A stretch of DNA of 64,000 nucleotides from positions 7,157 to 71,156 of the forward strand of contig CADCGT010000002.1 in NCBI GenBank assembly GCA_902801125.1, read 5' to 3'. The notes beneath the pieces are model-generated. The model saw nothing but the letters and a program-made list of their open reading frames with translations, was not told the DNA's origin and made no database searches. This DNA comes from an uncultured Pseudomonadota bacterium. GTDB lineage: Bacteria > Pseudomonadota > Alphaproteobacteria > Rs-D84. Shown here piece by piece: positions 1 through 9,886 of this stretch. How positions within the stretch are numbered: position 1 is the first letter of the stretch; every line of letters begins with the position of its first letter. The position numbers and the translations under genes were made by a program.

Positions 1-138
1 AATACCCGTACGATGATATTATTTTGCCGGAAAACATGGTGTATATGCCCTGAATGTTTTCCACGTTGCATTTTCCACTTGCCCGGTGCGGGCAAAATCT
101 GTATCATAGATTCCCGTAGAGCAGGGAAACAATTTATT

Positions 139-2745
139 ATGAAATATCGTGGATTGACCGCCGCCGCGGTCGCGCAAAGTCGCGAAAAATATGGCGCAAA
201 CACTATGCCGGAACCACATGCGAAAACCGCATGGGAATTTTTATTGGATGTGTTTCGCGATAAAATAAACATTATTTTGTTGATAATGACGATTATATTC
301 GCGGTCCTTGCGATATTGGGCTTTGGCGAATTGACCGAGGCATTGGGTATCGGGGCGGTCTTGGTTATTGTATGTGTTGTAAATGTTATTACCCACCTGC
401 GCGCGCAGCACAGTACCATTGAACTGCGTCGCCGCGCATCAAAACAGATGTGCAATGTCGTGCGTGCCGGACGCGTGCGCAATATAGACAGCACAGAAAT
501 CGTCGTTGGCGATATAGTTTTAATTTCGGCGGGCGAAACAATCCCGGCCGATGGCTATATCGTGTCGGGACATGTGGAAGTAAATAATTCCGTCCTTAAT
601 GGCGAAAGTGACGAAGTTCATAAATCACCGGTTGCAAATTTCAAGTATAACCGCGATGCCACTGTGACGGCGGATGATTATACCGATGCGAATCATGTCT
701 TTGCGGGAACAACGGTTCATGGCGGCGGGGGCGCAATGATTGTGACGCGCGTTGGCATGGATACCGAAAACGCAAAAATCTTGCGCGCGGTCGGCGATGT
801 CCGCGAAGTAAAAACGACATTACAATTACAACTGGACCGGATTGCGCGTGTAATTGGAAAATTTGGTGCGATATGTGCGATTGTGGTTGCGGCCTGTATG
901 ATAATATTTCACCTGGTCGCGTCCGATGCGCACGGGGTTGGGAACATTGTTTATATTGTTGTGTCGGCAATAACACTGGCATTGACGATTTTTGTTGCCG
1001 CCGTTCCCGAAGGACTGCCGTTTATCATAGAAATCATTACATCCCAAAATGCGCACAAAATGACACGGGCGAACCTGTTGGCAAAAAATCCCCATAAAAT
1101 CCCAGAGGCCGGAAATATACAATTACTCTGTACCGACAAAACCGGCACGATTACATTTGGCCGGATGCAGCCGGTTGCAAATTACCTTGGCGATGGGACA
1201 AATGTCGGGTTTGCGGTCCGGTCGATTGGTGCCACGGCCGAAATTGCGAATAATATCGTCCTTAACGGGCGTGCAATGTTGGATGCAAACGGCAATATAG
1301 TCGGCGGAAACACGACGGAAAGGGCTTTGTTCGGGGCAATGAATTTAACCGCACACCGCATCGCAACCATTCGCCGCGAAAATCATATTGTTGCAAAAAT
1401 TCCGTTCGCCAGTGCGCATAAATTTTCGGCCACAACCGTGCGTGGCCCAAACGGCACGCGAACATATGTTATGGCGGCCCCAGAAATCATATTGGCGCAC
1501 GCGAACCGGTATATTGATACGGACGGTGCGGTTCATTCTATGCGTGGGTCCAAGGTAAAACGTTTAATGGTGTCAAATGCGCGCCGCGCGATGCGTGTAA
1601 TTGCAACCGCGTATTATGATGGCGCAATATCGGGTAATGCCGTGCCGAACAATTTGGTCTTTATCGCGTTGTCCATTATGCGGGACGAAGTGCGCCCCGG
1701 TGTTGCGGATGTTGTTGGCGCAATGCATGAATCGGGTGTTCGTGTTATGATGATAACGGGCGATAATTTGGAAACCGCGCGGGTTATCGCAACGGAATCG
1801 GGTATCATATCAAACGACCAAGACATCGCAATATCGGCCACCGAATTTGATGCTTTGCCGGATGCGCGGGCGCGCCGAATGTTGCCCAAGATATCGGTGA
1901 TTGCGCGTGCAACACCATACACTAAATTGCGCGTGGTTGAATTGGCGCGCATGGATGGAATAAGTATAGGTATGTGTGGCGACGGCACGAACGATGCGCC
2001 GGCACTGCGCGCCGCCGATGTGGGCTTTGCCATGGGCGACAGTACCGATGTATGCAAAGGCGCAAGCGATATAATCATTGTCGATAATAATTTTATATCT
2101 ATCGCGAACAGTATTTTGATGGGGCGCACATTTATGCACAATGTGGTTGGATTTTTGCGGTTTCAATTACCGATAAACTTTATCTTGGTCGCGGTCAGCA
2201 TTCTGTTCCCGATGTTTTTAGGTTTCAATGCGATAATGGCGGTCCAGATTTTGATTATAAACATTATTATCGACAGTTTGAATTCTTTGGCCTTTGGTGG
2301 CGAAGCGGCGCGACCCGAATACATGCGCGAACCCGTACGCGGGAAAAATTCGCCATTGATTACGCGTGAAACATTGCGCGGTGTTATTTGGACAACGGTG
2401 GTGGGCGTGTTCATAGTATCCATTACCACAACGCCGGCGGCAATGCGTTTGTTTGGCAATGCGGACGTGGCGTTGTCGGCCCGTTTCGCATTGATAATTA
2501 TTGTTGCGATGTTAAATGGTTTTTGTGTGCGTGCGCCGGGCTATAATATATTTTCGGGATTGCGTGCGAACCCAATGTTTGTGGCGGTGGCGGCGTTTGT
2601 ATTTGTGGGAACATACCTTTGCGTGACATTTGGTGGCGCGGCATTACACTTGGCACCAATGGGGTGGGAACAATGGTTTGTTGTTGCGGGATTGGGATTA
2701 TGCGTTGTTCCATTAAATATACTTTATAAAAGAATCTTTCGATAA
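139..2745 (+). CDS. P-type cation-transporting ATPase (E1-E2, Ca2+/Mg2+-type)
   Basis: Phosphorylation motif CTDKTGTIT, hinge MITGDN and GDGTNDAPAL, ~10 TM segments. Start moved to the internal ATG at 139 (MKYRGLTAAAV). Confidence 0.85.
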   Translation: MKYRGLTAAAVAQSREKYGANTMPEPHAKTAWEFLLDVFRDKINIILLIMTIIFAVLAILGFGELTEALGIGAVLVIVCVVNVITHLRAQHSTIELRRRASKQMCNVVRAGRVRNIDSTEIVVGDIVLISAGETIPADGYIVSGHVEVNNSVLNGESDEVHKSPVANFKYNRDATVTADDYTDANHVFAGTTVHGGGGAMIVTRVGMDTENAKILRAVGDVREVKTTLQLQLDRIARVIGKFGAICAIVVAACMIIFHLVASDAHGVGNIVYIVVSAITLALTIFVAAVPEGLPFIIEIITSQNAHKMTRANLLAKNPHKIPEAGNIQLLCTDKTGTITFGRMQPVANYLGDGTNVGFAVRSIGATAEIANNIVLNGRAMLDANGNIVGGNTTERALFGAMNLTAHRIATIRRENHIVAKIPFASAHKFSATTVRGPNGTRTYVMAAPEIILAHANRYIDTDGAVHSMRGSKVKRLMVSNARRAMRVIATAYYDGAISGNAVPNNLVFIALSIMRDEVRPGVADVVGAMHESGVRVMMITGDNLETARVIATESGIISNDQDIAISATEFDALPDARARRMLPKISVIARATPYTKLRVVELARMDGISIGMCGDGTNDAPALRAADVGFAMGDSTDVCKGASDIIIVDNNFISIANSILMGRTFMHNVVGFLRFQLPINFILVAVSILFPMFLGFNAIMAVQILIINIIIDSLNSLAFGGEAARPEYMREPVRGKNSPLITRETLRGVIWTTVVGVFIVSITTTPAAMRLFGNADVALSARFALIIIVAMLNGFCVRAPGYNIFSGLRANPMFVAVAAFVFVGTYLCVTFGGAALHLAPMGWEQWFVVAGLGLCVVPLNILYKRIFR

Positions 2746-2751
2746 AATCCC

Positions 2752-2780
2752 TTGACCGGGGTATGCGTTTTTGATAAAAT
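2752..2780 (+). promoter_or_regulatory. sigma70-like promoter TTGACC-N17-TAAAAT at the head of the conserved leader
   Basis: CCCTTGAC box and a -10 at 2775-2780. The same arrangement recurs at 35157-35186. Confidence 0.4.
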
Positions 2781-3021
2781 AGCAAATGAATCGGATGGGA
2801 ATCCGTTTCGGGGCTGTAGCAGGCCTATGTGTATCCGGTGCAAAGCATCGTAATCCGTTGCGATTTCCGTGTTTTTGCACCGCAATATTACCCCAATAGT
2901 GGTTGGGGTGCCGGTGGTGTATATATAAATATCATCGGGATCGTTGATACACATGATTTGCTAACACCCCGACCGTCAATTTCCATTGACGGTTGTTTTA
3001 TACCAAAAAAGAGGGAATTCA
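2781..3021 (+). promoter_or_regulatory. Conserved structured 5' leader (copy 1) ending in a hairpin (2972-2993) plus U-rich tract just before the RBS
   Basis: Blocks shared with 35187-35437: GGGAATCCGTTTCGGGGCTGTAGCAGGCC, ACCCC..GGGGTGCCGGTGGT, ATCGGGATC, GATTTGCTAACACCCCGACCGTCA. Terminal hairpin ACCGTCAatttccaTTGACGGT then TTGTTTTAT. Confidence 0.45.
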
Positions 3022-3504
3022 ATGAGCAAAAAATTACTTTTCGCCATAATCGCGACAATTTGCACCACCACCGCATTTGCAGATACCAAAACCGTCACCA
3101 CCAAGGATTATGTGGATACCGCGGACGCATTAAAGCAAGATAAAATAGTCGGACATACACAATACCGGCCCGATTCTGTTATAACAGATACCACAAATGA
3201 TGGCGTGCTGGGTAAACGTTTAACTTTGGGTAGTGATCACTGGCTTACCCCCGAGTTTTGGGCAGCTTATTTGGAAGCTGGGTCACTTACGCAAAATCCA
3301 AATGAAGATGTGCAAGAGATGGTAGAAGATGGAGAATTTACTTATGATGATTTGAGAAAATCGTTAGTCCAGGCAAATGTTTTGGAAATCGCATTATCAA
3401 GACTTACTAGCACAATAAATTTGAAACGTATGACCTGTGCGCGGTATGTTGAAAATGCCGCCCAAACGGCCGAAAATTGCCTGCTGTGGAACGTGGTGCA
3501 ATAA
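3022..3504 (+). CDS. Secreted protein, 'KTVTT-YVD / CLLW' family paralog 1
   Basis: Signal peptide MSKKLLFAIIATICTTTAFA, motif DTKTVTTKDYVDTADALKQDK, C-terminal ENCLLWNVVQ. Paralogous to 35438-35986 and 36094-37566. RBS AAGAGGGAA. Confidence 0.7.
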   Translation: MSKKLLFAIIATICTTTAFADTKTVTTKDYVDTADALKQDKIVGHTQYRPDSVITDTTNDGVLGKRLTLGSDHWLTPEFWAAYLEAGSLTQNPNEDVQEMVEDGEFTYDDLRKSLVQANVLEIALSRLTSTINLKRMTCARYVENAAQTAENCLLWNVVQ

Positions 3505-3572
3505 AACGCCGACGAATGTTTTATCATAATACCAAAAACCACCGCTTTTGCGATGGTTTTTATTGTGTGTAT

Positions 3573-3600
3573 TGACAAAAATAAATTTATGTATTATAAT
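3573..3600 (+). promoter_or_regulatory. Near-consensus sigma70 promoter TTGACA-N16-TATAAT
   Basis: TTGACA at 3573-3578 and TATAAT at 3595-3600, directly upstream of the HNH-motif gene. Confidence 0.5.
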
Positions 3601-3622
3601 TTTGTCAAACAAAGGGATTATA

Positions 3623-4669
3623 ATGCGTAAAATGTGTATTTTTTGCGGGCATCGGCCGGTGGACAAGAATAAAGAACATGTTATTCCGCAATGGTTAATA
3701 CGTGAAACCGGTCGGACAAAATCCCCAATTATTGATACACCGGATAAAAAAATTCCGTTCTTGGCGTTTACTATGCCGGCGTGTACGGCGTGCAATGAAC
3801 GGTATTCCAAAATGGAATCCGACGCGCAATCGGTAATGCAGAAAATTTTGGGCGGTATGTCAATAACCGCACCGGAAATCAACACATTGCTTGATTGGTT
3901 TGACAAGGTTCGCGTGGGCCTTTGGCTGGCGAACGCGTATTTGAATCCGCAAAAGTACGATTTTCAACCCAAAATTGCCATAGACACACGTGTCGGCAAA
4001 CTGGACCGCGCATTGGTCGTGGAAAAGATAGATATGCCGGCATCCGACAAGGGAATTTTAATTGAAGGCATTTATTCGCCGATATTCATATATTCTCCGT
4101 CGGTTTTTCAAATGTTGATAAATAATTATTCTTTTACCAGTGCATCGTGTGCAAACCTGGTATCAAACAGGTTGGGTTTCCCGGTTATAAGCAATGTCAC
4201 ATTGGTGTCGGGTGGTCGTACGCATGGTAATTTGTGCCCCGGCCGTGAAAAAGTGACACACCCCGTTATCAAAGATTTTGCACCGTCGGATAACCAGATT
4301 ATTTTATATCAACCGATTTTTTCTCAATTTCAAAAATCGCCACTGTGCCAAACAAAATATGTTCAAAAATACTCTTTGGACCATAATGCAGGTTTGGGCG
4401 GAATATTCTATCAACGCGGTGCAAATTCACCGGTTGTGTATATGTCGGGCGATGATAAAATCCGCCTGAATCCGCGACCATATCCCGATGATGACGCAGA
4501 ATTGGATAAAATATATAAACGTATGTATAACCTGCAAATTGCGGTAAATAATATGCCCATACGTTTCGATACGGGTGATACCGTGGCGGATGCGCAATAC
4601 GCGTTTTTGCGGAAATGTAAATCAGATTTAGTTGCAAATTATGTTAAAGATAATTTTAACGGCCGGTAA
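3623..4669 (+). CDS. HNH-motif nuclease-like protein with a ~300-aa C-terminal extension of unknown function
   Basis: N-terminus CIFCGHRPVDKNKEHVIPQWL (CxxC...EH.IP, HNH-like) and a second CTACN pair. The rest is unrecognised. Single gene with its own promoter. Confidence 0.55.
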   Translation: MRKMCIFCGHRPVDKNKEHVIPQWLIRETGRTKSPIIDTPDKKIPFLAFTMPACTACNERYSKMESDAQSVMQKILGGMSITAPEINTLLDWFDKVRVGLWLANAYLNPQKYDFQPKIAIDTRVGKLDRALVVEKIDMPASDKGILIEGIYSPIFIYSPSVFQMLINNYSFTSASCANLVSNRLGFPVISNVTLVSGGRTHGNLCPGREKVTHPVIKDFAPSDNQIILYQPIFSQFQKSPLCQTKYVQKYSLDHNAGLGGIFYQRGANSPVVYMSGDDKIRLNPRPYPDDDAELDKIYKRMYNLQIAVNNMPIRFDTGDTVADAQYAFLRKCKSDLVANYVKDNFNGR

Positions 4670-4826
4670 TATACGATTTTCCTTGATTTTTCAAAATAAA
4701 TGGTATAGTATGGCATCCGCTGGATAATATTTCAGGACTGATTAAGGCGCGGTGCGTTTTGGTCCCGCGGTCGATAAGGTTCCTGTCAAACGTCCGGCAC
4801 AATAAAAAACCAAAAGGATTATAAAA

Positions 4827-5459
4827 ATGGCAAGAGATGGGGCAAAACGTAATACCCGTAAATTGAAAATTGGCCGCCGGTTGGGTGTCAACCTGTGGGG
4901 CCAGGCAAAATCACCGTTTAACAAACGCAAATATAAACCGGGCCAGCATGGACCAACTTCGCGTGGCGGCAATATGACCGATTACGCAAAACAGATGCGT
5001 GCAAAACAGACCCTGAAAGGTTATTATGGCAATATCGGTGAAAAGAAGTTCCGTGCATATTATCTGGAAGCGGACAATATGAAAGGCGATACACCGGATA
5101 ACCTTATCGGTTTGTTGGAACGCCGTTTGGACGCGGTTGTATATCGTGCGAAATTTGCACCGACGGTTTTCTCGGCACGTCAGTTGGTAAGCCACGGTCA
5201 TATCTATGTCAACGATAAACGCGTGAAAATTGCATCTTACCAGGTTAAACCGGGCGATGTTATCACGGTAAGTGACAAGGCAAAACAAATGCCGTTGGTC
5301 GTTTTGGCGTTGGAATCGGGCGAACGCAATACACCGGACTATATCAATGTGGATTCTGCGAACTTTGTCGCAACATACACACGCGTTCCGGCATTTGCGG
5401 ATGTTCCGTATCCGGTCCAAATGTCCCCAGAATTGGTCGTCGAATTTTATTCACGTTAA
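4827..5459 (+). CDS. rpsD: 30S ribosomal protein S4
   Basis: [25 protein letters not shown]...KPGQHGP..., S4 N-terminal and S4-domain signature. Confidence 0.95.
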   Translation: MARDGAKRNTRKLKIGRRLGVNLWGQAKSPFNKRKYKPGQHGPTSRGGNMTDYAKQMRAKQTLKGYYGNIGEKKFRAYYLEADNMKGDTPDNLIGLLERRLDAVVYRAKFAPTVFSARQLVSHGHIYVNDKRVKIASYQVKPGDVITVSDKAKQMPLVVLALESGERNTPDYINVDSANFVATYTRVPAFADVPYPVQMSPELVVEFYSR

Positions 5460-5480
5460 TTTTGGAACGCAAAATTCAGA

Positions 5481-5505
5481 ATCCGCCGTTTGGCGGATTT
5501 TTCTT
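5481..5505 (+). terminator. Rho-independent terminator after rpsD
   Basis: ATCCGCC-gttt-GGCGGAT followed by TTTTCTTTG. Confidence 0.6.
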
Positions 5506-5533
5506 TGATTTTCAATTCAATTCGTTGTATAAT
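5505..5533 (+). promoter_or_regulatory. sigma70-like promoter TTGATT-N17-TATAAT for trpS
   Basis: Hexamers at 5505-5510 and 5528-5533. Confidence 0.45.
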
Positions 5534-5560
5534 AATGCAAACAAAATAAAAGATTACAAA

Positions 5561-6565
5561 ATGTCAGATAACAAGATTTATTTGTCGGGGATAAAACCCA
5601 CTGGAACCGTCCATTTGGGCAACTATATTGGTATGCTGAGCCAAATGCGCGATATATCGCACGAACACAAAACGGTTATGTTTATTGCGGATTTGCACGC
5701 GTTGAATATTATGCGCGATGCGAATGCTGTGCGTGAACACACATACGAAATCGCCGCGATTATTATGTCTATGGGTTTTAATATGAACAATGTTTTAATG
5801 TTCCGCCAATCGGATGTGCCGGCCGTGTGCGAATTGTCAACAATGCTGACCAATGTCACGCCCAAGGGTTTAATGGATCGCGCCCATTCGTATAAGGCCG
5901 CGGTTGATAAAAACATCTCCGCCGGAAACGATACGGATTTGGGTGTGAATATGGGACTGTACACATATCCTATTTTGATGGCGGCGGATATATTACTGTA
6001 TAATTCCGATATTGTGCCCGTCGGTGCCGACCAAAAACAACATGTGGAATTTGCGCGTGATATTGCGGGACATTTCAATACAATATACGGCAATGTGTTC
6101 CGGTTGCCCGAACCCCAGATTATGCCAGATGCCGGAATTATACCGGGATTGGATGGCCGGAAAATGAGTAAATCTTATGATAACATCATCCCACTTATGG
6201 CGCCAAGTGCCGAATTGAAAAAGCGTATTATGCGCATAATCACCGACAGCAAAACACCCGACGAATCCAAAGACCCGGATGAATCTACGATATATATGCT
6301 TTATCGTCATTTTGCAACCGCGGCGGAATCGGCCGATTTGGCGGAAAAATTCCGCGCCGGCGGTATGGGATATGGCACGGCGAAGACAATCCTGTTTGAA
6401 AAATTGGATTCTGTGTTATCACCAATGCGGGTCCAATATGAATATTTAATGGCGAATAGCAATGAATTGGACGATGCGTTGTCGAACGGTGCGGAAATCG
6501 CGCGCCGTATCGCGGACAAGACCATGACACGCGTGCGCCATGTAATGTTGGGAACAAAAAAATAA
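5561..6565 (+). CDS. trpS: Tryptophan--tRNA ligase
   Basis: GIKPTGTVHLGNYIG (HIGH-type) and KMSKS. Start at the internal ATG 5561. Confidence 0.95.
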   Translation: MSDNKIYLSGIKPTGTVHLGNYIGMLSQMRDISHEHKTVMFIADLHALNIMRDANAVREHTYEIAAIIMSMGFNMNNVLMFRQSDVPAVCELSTMLTNVTPKGLMDRAHSYKAAVDKNISAGNDTDLGVNMGLYTYPILMAADILLYNSDIVPVGADQKQHVEFARDIAGHFNTIYGNVFRLPEPQIMPDAGIIPGLDGRKMSKSYDNIIPLMAPSAELKKRIMRIITDSKTPDESKDPDESTIYMLYRHFATAAESADLAEKFRAGGMGYGTAKTILFEKLDSVLSPMRVQYEYLMANSNELDDALSNGAEIARRIADKTMTRVRHVMLGTKK

Positions 6566-6586
6566 ATAAAAAACAAGGAGAGAGCA

Positions 6587-7315
6587 ATGAACAACAAAAC
6601 AATTGGAATAATCGCATGCGCGTTGTGCGTGTTGGTGTTGGGGTGGGGCGCGGTAAATCGATTGGCCGAACCACGGACAATAAGTGTGAATGGTGAATGT
6701 TTGACATCCGCGCCAAAGGACAGAACCGCAATCACAATTCGGGTCAGTGTCACGGATAAAAGTGCGGCAAAATCTATGAAGGCGGCATCATCCAAGATTG
6801 CAGAAATCAACAAATACCTTAAAACACTGGATGTCCAGGTTCAAACCAGTGAATTTAATTCATACGAAAAAAATGAATGGAATCCAACAACGCACAAGTC
6901 TGATTTTGTGGGCATTGAAACAAATATCGCACTGGATGTTTCCGCGGCCAGTATTGATACCATTGAAACGGTCTTGACACAATTCGCGGGCCAACCAGAT
7001 GTGTTTGTGACAAACCTGCGTATGTTCACATCAAGCGAAACAATGAAACCGATTCTGGAATCGTGCCTTGGGACGGCGGTTGAAAATGCGCGCGCCCGTG
7101 CGGACGCATTGGCCGCGGGCGTGGGTCGCCGTGCGGGTAAAATGTTAGCGGCATCCTATGGAACGGGCGGTTCATACGATGTGCGCCCAACGGCAAACTT
7201 CCGTATGGCAAAAATGGAAATGGCGGCGGTCGCGGATTCTTATGCCGGTGGCGCAATTACCGGTAAAGATACCGAGGTTTCCGTCACCGTTTCCGCAATA
7301 TTCGAAATAAAATAA
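6587..7315 (+). CDS. SIMPL/DUF541-family periplasmic protein (26-kDa periplasmic immunogenic protein-like)
   Basis: Signal peptide and an 'ISVNGE...' beginning typical of SIMPL proteins. RBS AAGGAGAGAG. Confidence 0.55.
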   Translation: MNNKTIGIIACALCVLVLGWGAVNRLAEPRTISVNGECLTSAPKDRTAITIRVSVTDKSAAKSMKAASSKIAEINKYLKTLDVQVQTSEFNSYEKNEWNPTTHKSDFVGIETNIALDVSAASIDTIETVLTQFAGQPDVFVTNLRMFTSSETMKPILESCLGTAVENARARADALAAGVGRRAGKMLAASYGTGGSYDVRPTANFRMAKMEMAAVADSYAGGAITGKDTEVSVTVSAIFEIK

Positions 7316-7316
7316 A

Positions 7317-8228
7317 ATGCAAGAAATCATTGATGAATTTACGAACTATTTAATCAAGACGCGTAATTATTCGGGCCATACGGCGGCGGCCTATGGAATG
7401 GATATTGATGATTTTTGCCGATTCTTTGAACGTTTTAATGGTGCGGCGGTCGGTGTGCGTGATTTTGCGCGCGCCGACACAATTTGTTTTCGTGCATGGT
7501 TGGCGGACCGGCAAAAACGCGAATTAGCGTTCAAATCTACGGCGCGCGCGTTGTCGGCATTGCGCGGGTTTTATAAATATCTGGCAAAGCATTATGATAT
7601 AAAAAATGATGCGATTGGTTTAATATCTTCGCCACGGATTCCAAAAAAGTTATCCAAGGCAATCGATGCATCCGATGTTGCAAACATGGCGGGCGCAATA
7701 CGTGTTGTTGACGGGGCCGAACCGTGGATTGCGGCACGCGATTGGGCGTTGGTGACATTACTGTTTGGTTGTGGATTGCGTATATCCGAAGCATTGGCAT
7801 TAAAAAATTCCGATGTTGCACATGCGCCGGAATCACTGCGCATTTTGGGCAAGGGTTCCAAGGAACGCATTGTTCCCGTGTTGCCGGCGGTGAATACGGC
7901 AATAAAAAAATATATGGACGTGCGACCCTGTGGAAACGCACCGGATGATGAATTGTTCCGCAGTGTTCGGGGCCTGCCTATGTCGGCACGCATGGCGGAA
8001 AAGGTTATTGAAAAATTGCGTGCATATTTACAATTGCCGGACTATGTGACGCCGCACGCATTGCGACACACTTTCGCGACGGCATTATTGTCAGATGGGG
8101 CGGATTTGCGCAGTCTGCAAGAATTATTGGGGCATTCATCGCTTTCCACTACGCAACTTTATACCAAGGTGAACATGTCGGAAATTATGGATATTTATGA
8201 ACATTGCCACCCCCGTGCCGGGGAATAG
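7317..8228 (+). CDS. Tyrosine site-specific recombinase, XerC/XerD family
   Basis: C-terminal HALRHTFATALLSDGADLRSLQELLGHSSLSTTQLYTKV with the catalytic R..H..R..Y arrangement. Confidence 0.85.
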   Translation: MQEIIDEFTNYLIKTRNYSGHTAAAYGMDIDDFCRFFERFNGAAVGVRDFARADTICFRAWLADRQKRELAFKSTARALSALRGFYKYLAKHYDIKNDAIGLISSPRIPKKLSKAIDASDVANMAGAIRVVDGAEPWIAARDWALVTLLFGCGLRISEALALKNSDVAHAPESLRILGKGSKERIVPVLPAVNTAIKKYMDVRPCGNAPDDELFRSVRGLPMSARMAEKVIEKLRAYLQLPDYVTPHALRHTFATALLSDGADLRSLQELLGHSSLSTTQLYTKVNMSEIMDIYEHCHPRAGE

Positions 8229-8392
8229 AATTAAATTGACTTGTTTGTGCATCTGTGCAAAAATAGAAACATGACAATAAGGTTTATAAATTTTTACTGT
8301 TGTTGTTAAATTGTTTTTCTGCAAACATATTGTTTGCGTATTCTGTGTGATTTTGTTATTATAACCATTACGAAAAATATAAGGATTTTGTT

Positions 8393-9811
8393 ATGCAAAT
8401 AAAACTTTACAACACCATGACCCGCAAAGTGGAAGAATTTGTGCCGATTACCCCCAACCATGTTGGAATATACAATTGCGGTCCAACCGTTTATTGGGAT
8501 CAACATTTGGGTAATATGCGCACATTTTTCAACAGTGATATGATGAAACGTATGTTTTTGGCAAATGGGTACACGGTGAATCATGTTATGAATTTTACGG
8601 ATGTTGGGCACCTTACCAGTGATGAAGACACCGGTGAAGATAAAATGGAAAAGGGTGCCGCGCGTGAAAATATGTCTGTGTGGGATATTGCAAACAAATA
8701 TATAAAAAGTTGCGTGAACGATATGAATTTGTTAAATATTATTCCACCGACCCATACACCGCGGGCCACCGACCATATCAAAGAACAAATAGAACTTATT
8801 CAAAAATTGGAAAAATTAGGCTTTACATATGAAATCCCAAACGACGGTATTTATTATGATACATCTAAATTGCCGGACTATGGCAAACTGGGCGGACAAA
8901 ATTTGTCCGAATTGCGTGGCGGCGCGCGCATAGAAAATAATAATAAACGCAATATAACCGATTTTGCGCTTTGGAAATTTTCCCCAAAGGATAAAAAACG
9001 TCAAATGGAATGGGACAGCCCATGGGGCGTGGGATTTCCGGGGTGGCACCTTGAATGCAGTGCAATGAGTATGAAATACCTTGGGGAACATTTTGATATT
9101 CACAGTGGCGGTCAAGAACATATCAAGGTGCATCATACCAATGAAATTGCACAATCTGAACCAATCGTTGGTGCGCCATGGGTGCGTTATTGGGTGCATT
9201 GGGCTTGGCTGATGTTGCGCGATGGGAAAATGGCCAAATCTTCGGGTTCTTTTTACACGGTTCGTGGTTTGATAGAAAAAGGCTATGACCCAATGGCGTT
9301 TCGTTATTTGTTGCTTACGGGGCATTATCGTCAACCGATGGAATTTTCATTTGAATCTTTGGATGCGGCGGCGGCGGGCTATAAAAACATGGTTCGTAAA
9401 ATTGCCGATTTAATGGCCGCGGGTGATACGGAACCGGTCAACCAAGATTTGTATAACGAATGGCATGACAAGATTCTGACCCCGATTTCTGATAATCTTA
9501 AAACATCGGAAACATTGGCGGCGGTCCAGGATTTATTGAAAAATCAGGTTGTAAATCCGGCAACAAAATTGTCGCTGGTCAATTTTATTGATGAATTATT
9601 GGGGTTGCAATTGATGGACCGTGCAAATAAATTGCGCGCGGCGGAATCAGAAACGGCGCCGGCGGATGTTCAAGAATTAGCGAACGCGCGGGCGGATGCC
9701 AAGAAAAATCGTGATTTTGCAACCGCGGACGAATTGCGTGCCAAGATAGATGCGGCGGGTTGGACGGTCATGGATACGCCGGGCGGATTCAAATTGGTTA
9801 AAAAACAGTAA
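8393..9811 (+). CDS. cysS: Cysteine--tRNA ligase
   Basis: YNCGPTVYWDQHLGNMRTF (HIGH region), KMAKSSG (KMSKS), zinc-binding Cys positions. Confidence 0.95.
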   Translation: MQIKLYNTMTRKVEEFVPITPNHVGIYNCGPTVYWDQHLGNMRTFFNSDMMKRMFLANGYTVNHVMNFTDVGHLTSDEDTGEDKMEKGAARENMSVWDIANKYIKSCVNDMNLLNIIPPTHTPRATDHIKEQIELIQKLEKLGFTYEIPNDGIYYDTSKLPDYGKLGGQNLSELRGGARIENNNKRNITDFALWKFSPKDKKRQMEWDSPWGVGFPGWHLECSAMSMKYLGEHFDIHSGGQEHIKVHHTNEIAQSEPIVGAPWVRYWVHWAWLMLRDGKMAKSSGSFYTVRGLIEKGYDPMAFRYLLLTGHYRQPMEFSFESLDAAAAGYKNMVRKIADLMAAGDTEPVNQDLYNEWHDKILTPISDNLKTSETLAAVQDLLKNQVVNPATKLSLVNFIDELLGLQLMDRANKLRAAESETAPADVQELANARADAKKNRDFATADELRAKIDAAGWTVMDTPGGFKLVKKQ

Positions 9812-9886
9812 AATATTTTACAAAAACCGCTTGAATATAACACATTTTGTGCTATATTAAGGCACGTTGCAACAAGAGGATTTTTT

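Noticed and set aside
2781-3021. Assigning the conserved leader to a known riboswitch class (cobalamin, TPP, SAM-II, glycine)
   Set aside because: None of the class-defining boxes I can recall (GCCACTG B12 box, CTGAGA TPP box, etc.) is present. It is left as an unclassified structured leader.
8229-8392. T-box or other leader upstream of cysS, and S4 autoregulatory leader upstream of rpsD (4670-4826)
   Set aside because: No specifier or T-box sequence is evident. A CGCGG...CCGCG hairpin exists upstream of rpsD but I cannot support a specific regulatory structure from sequence alone.
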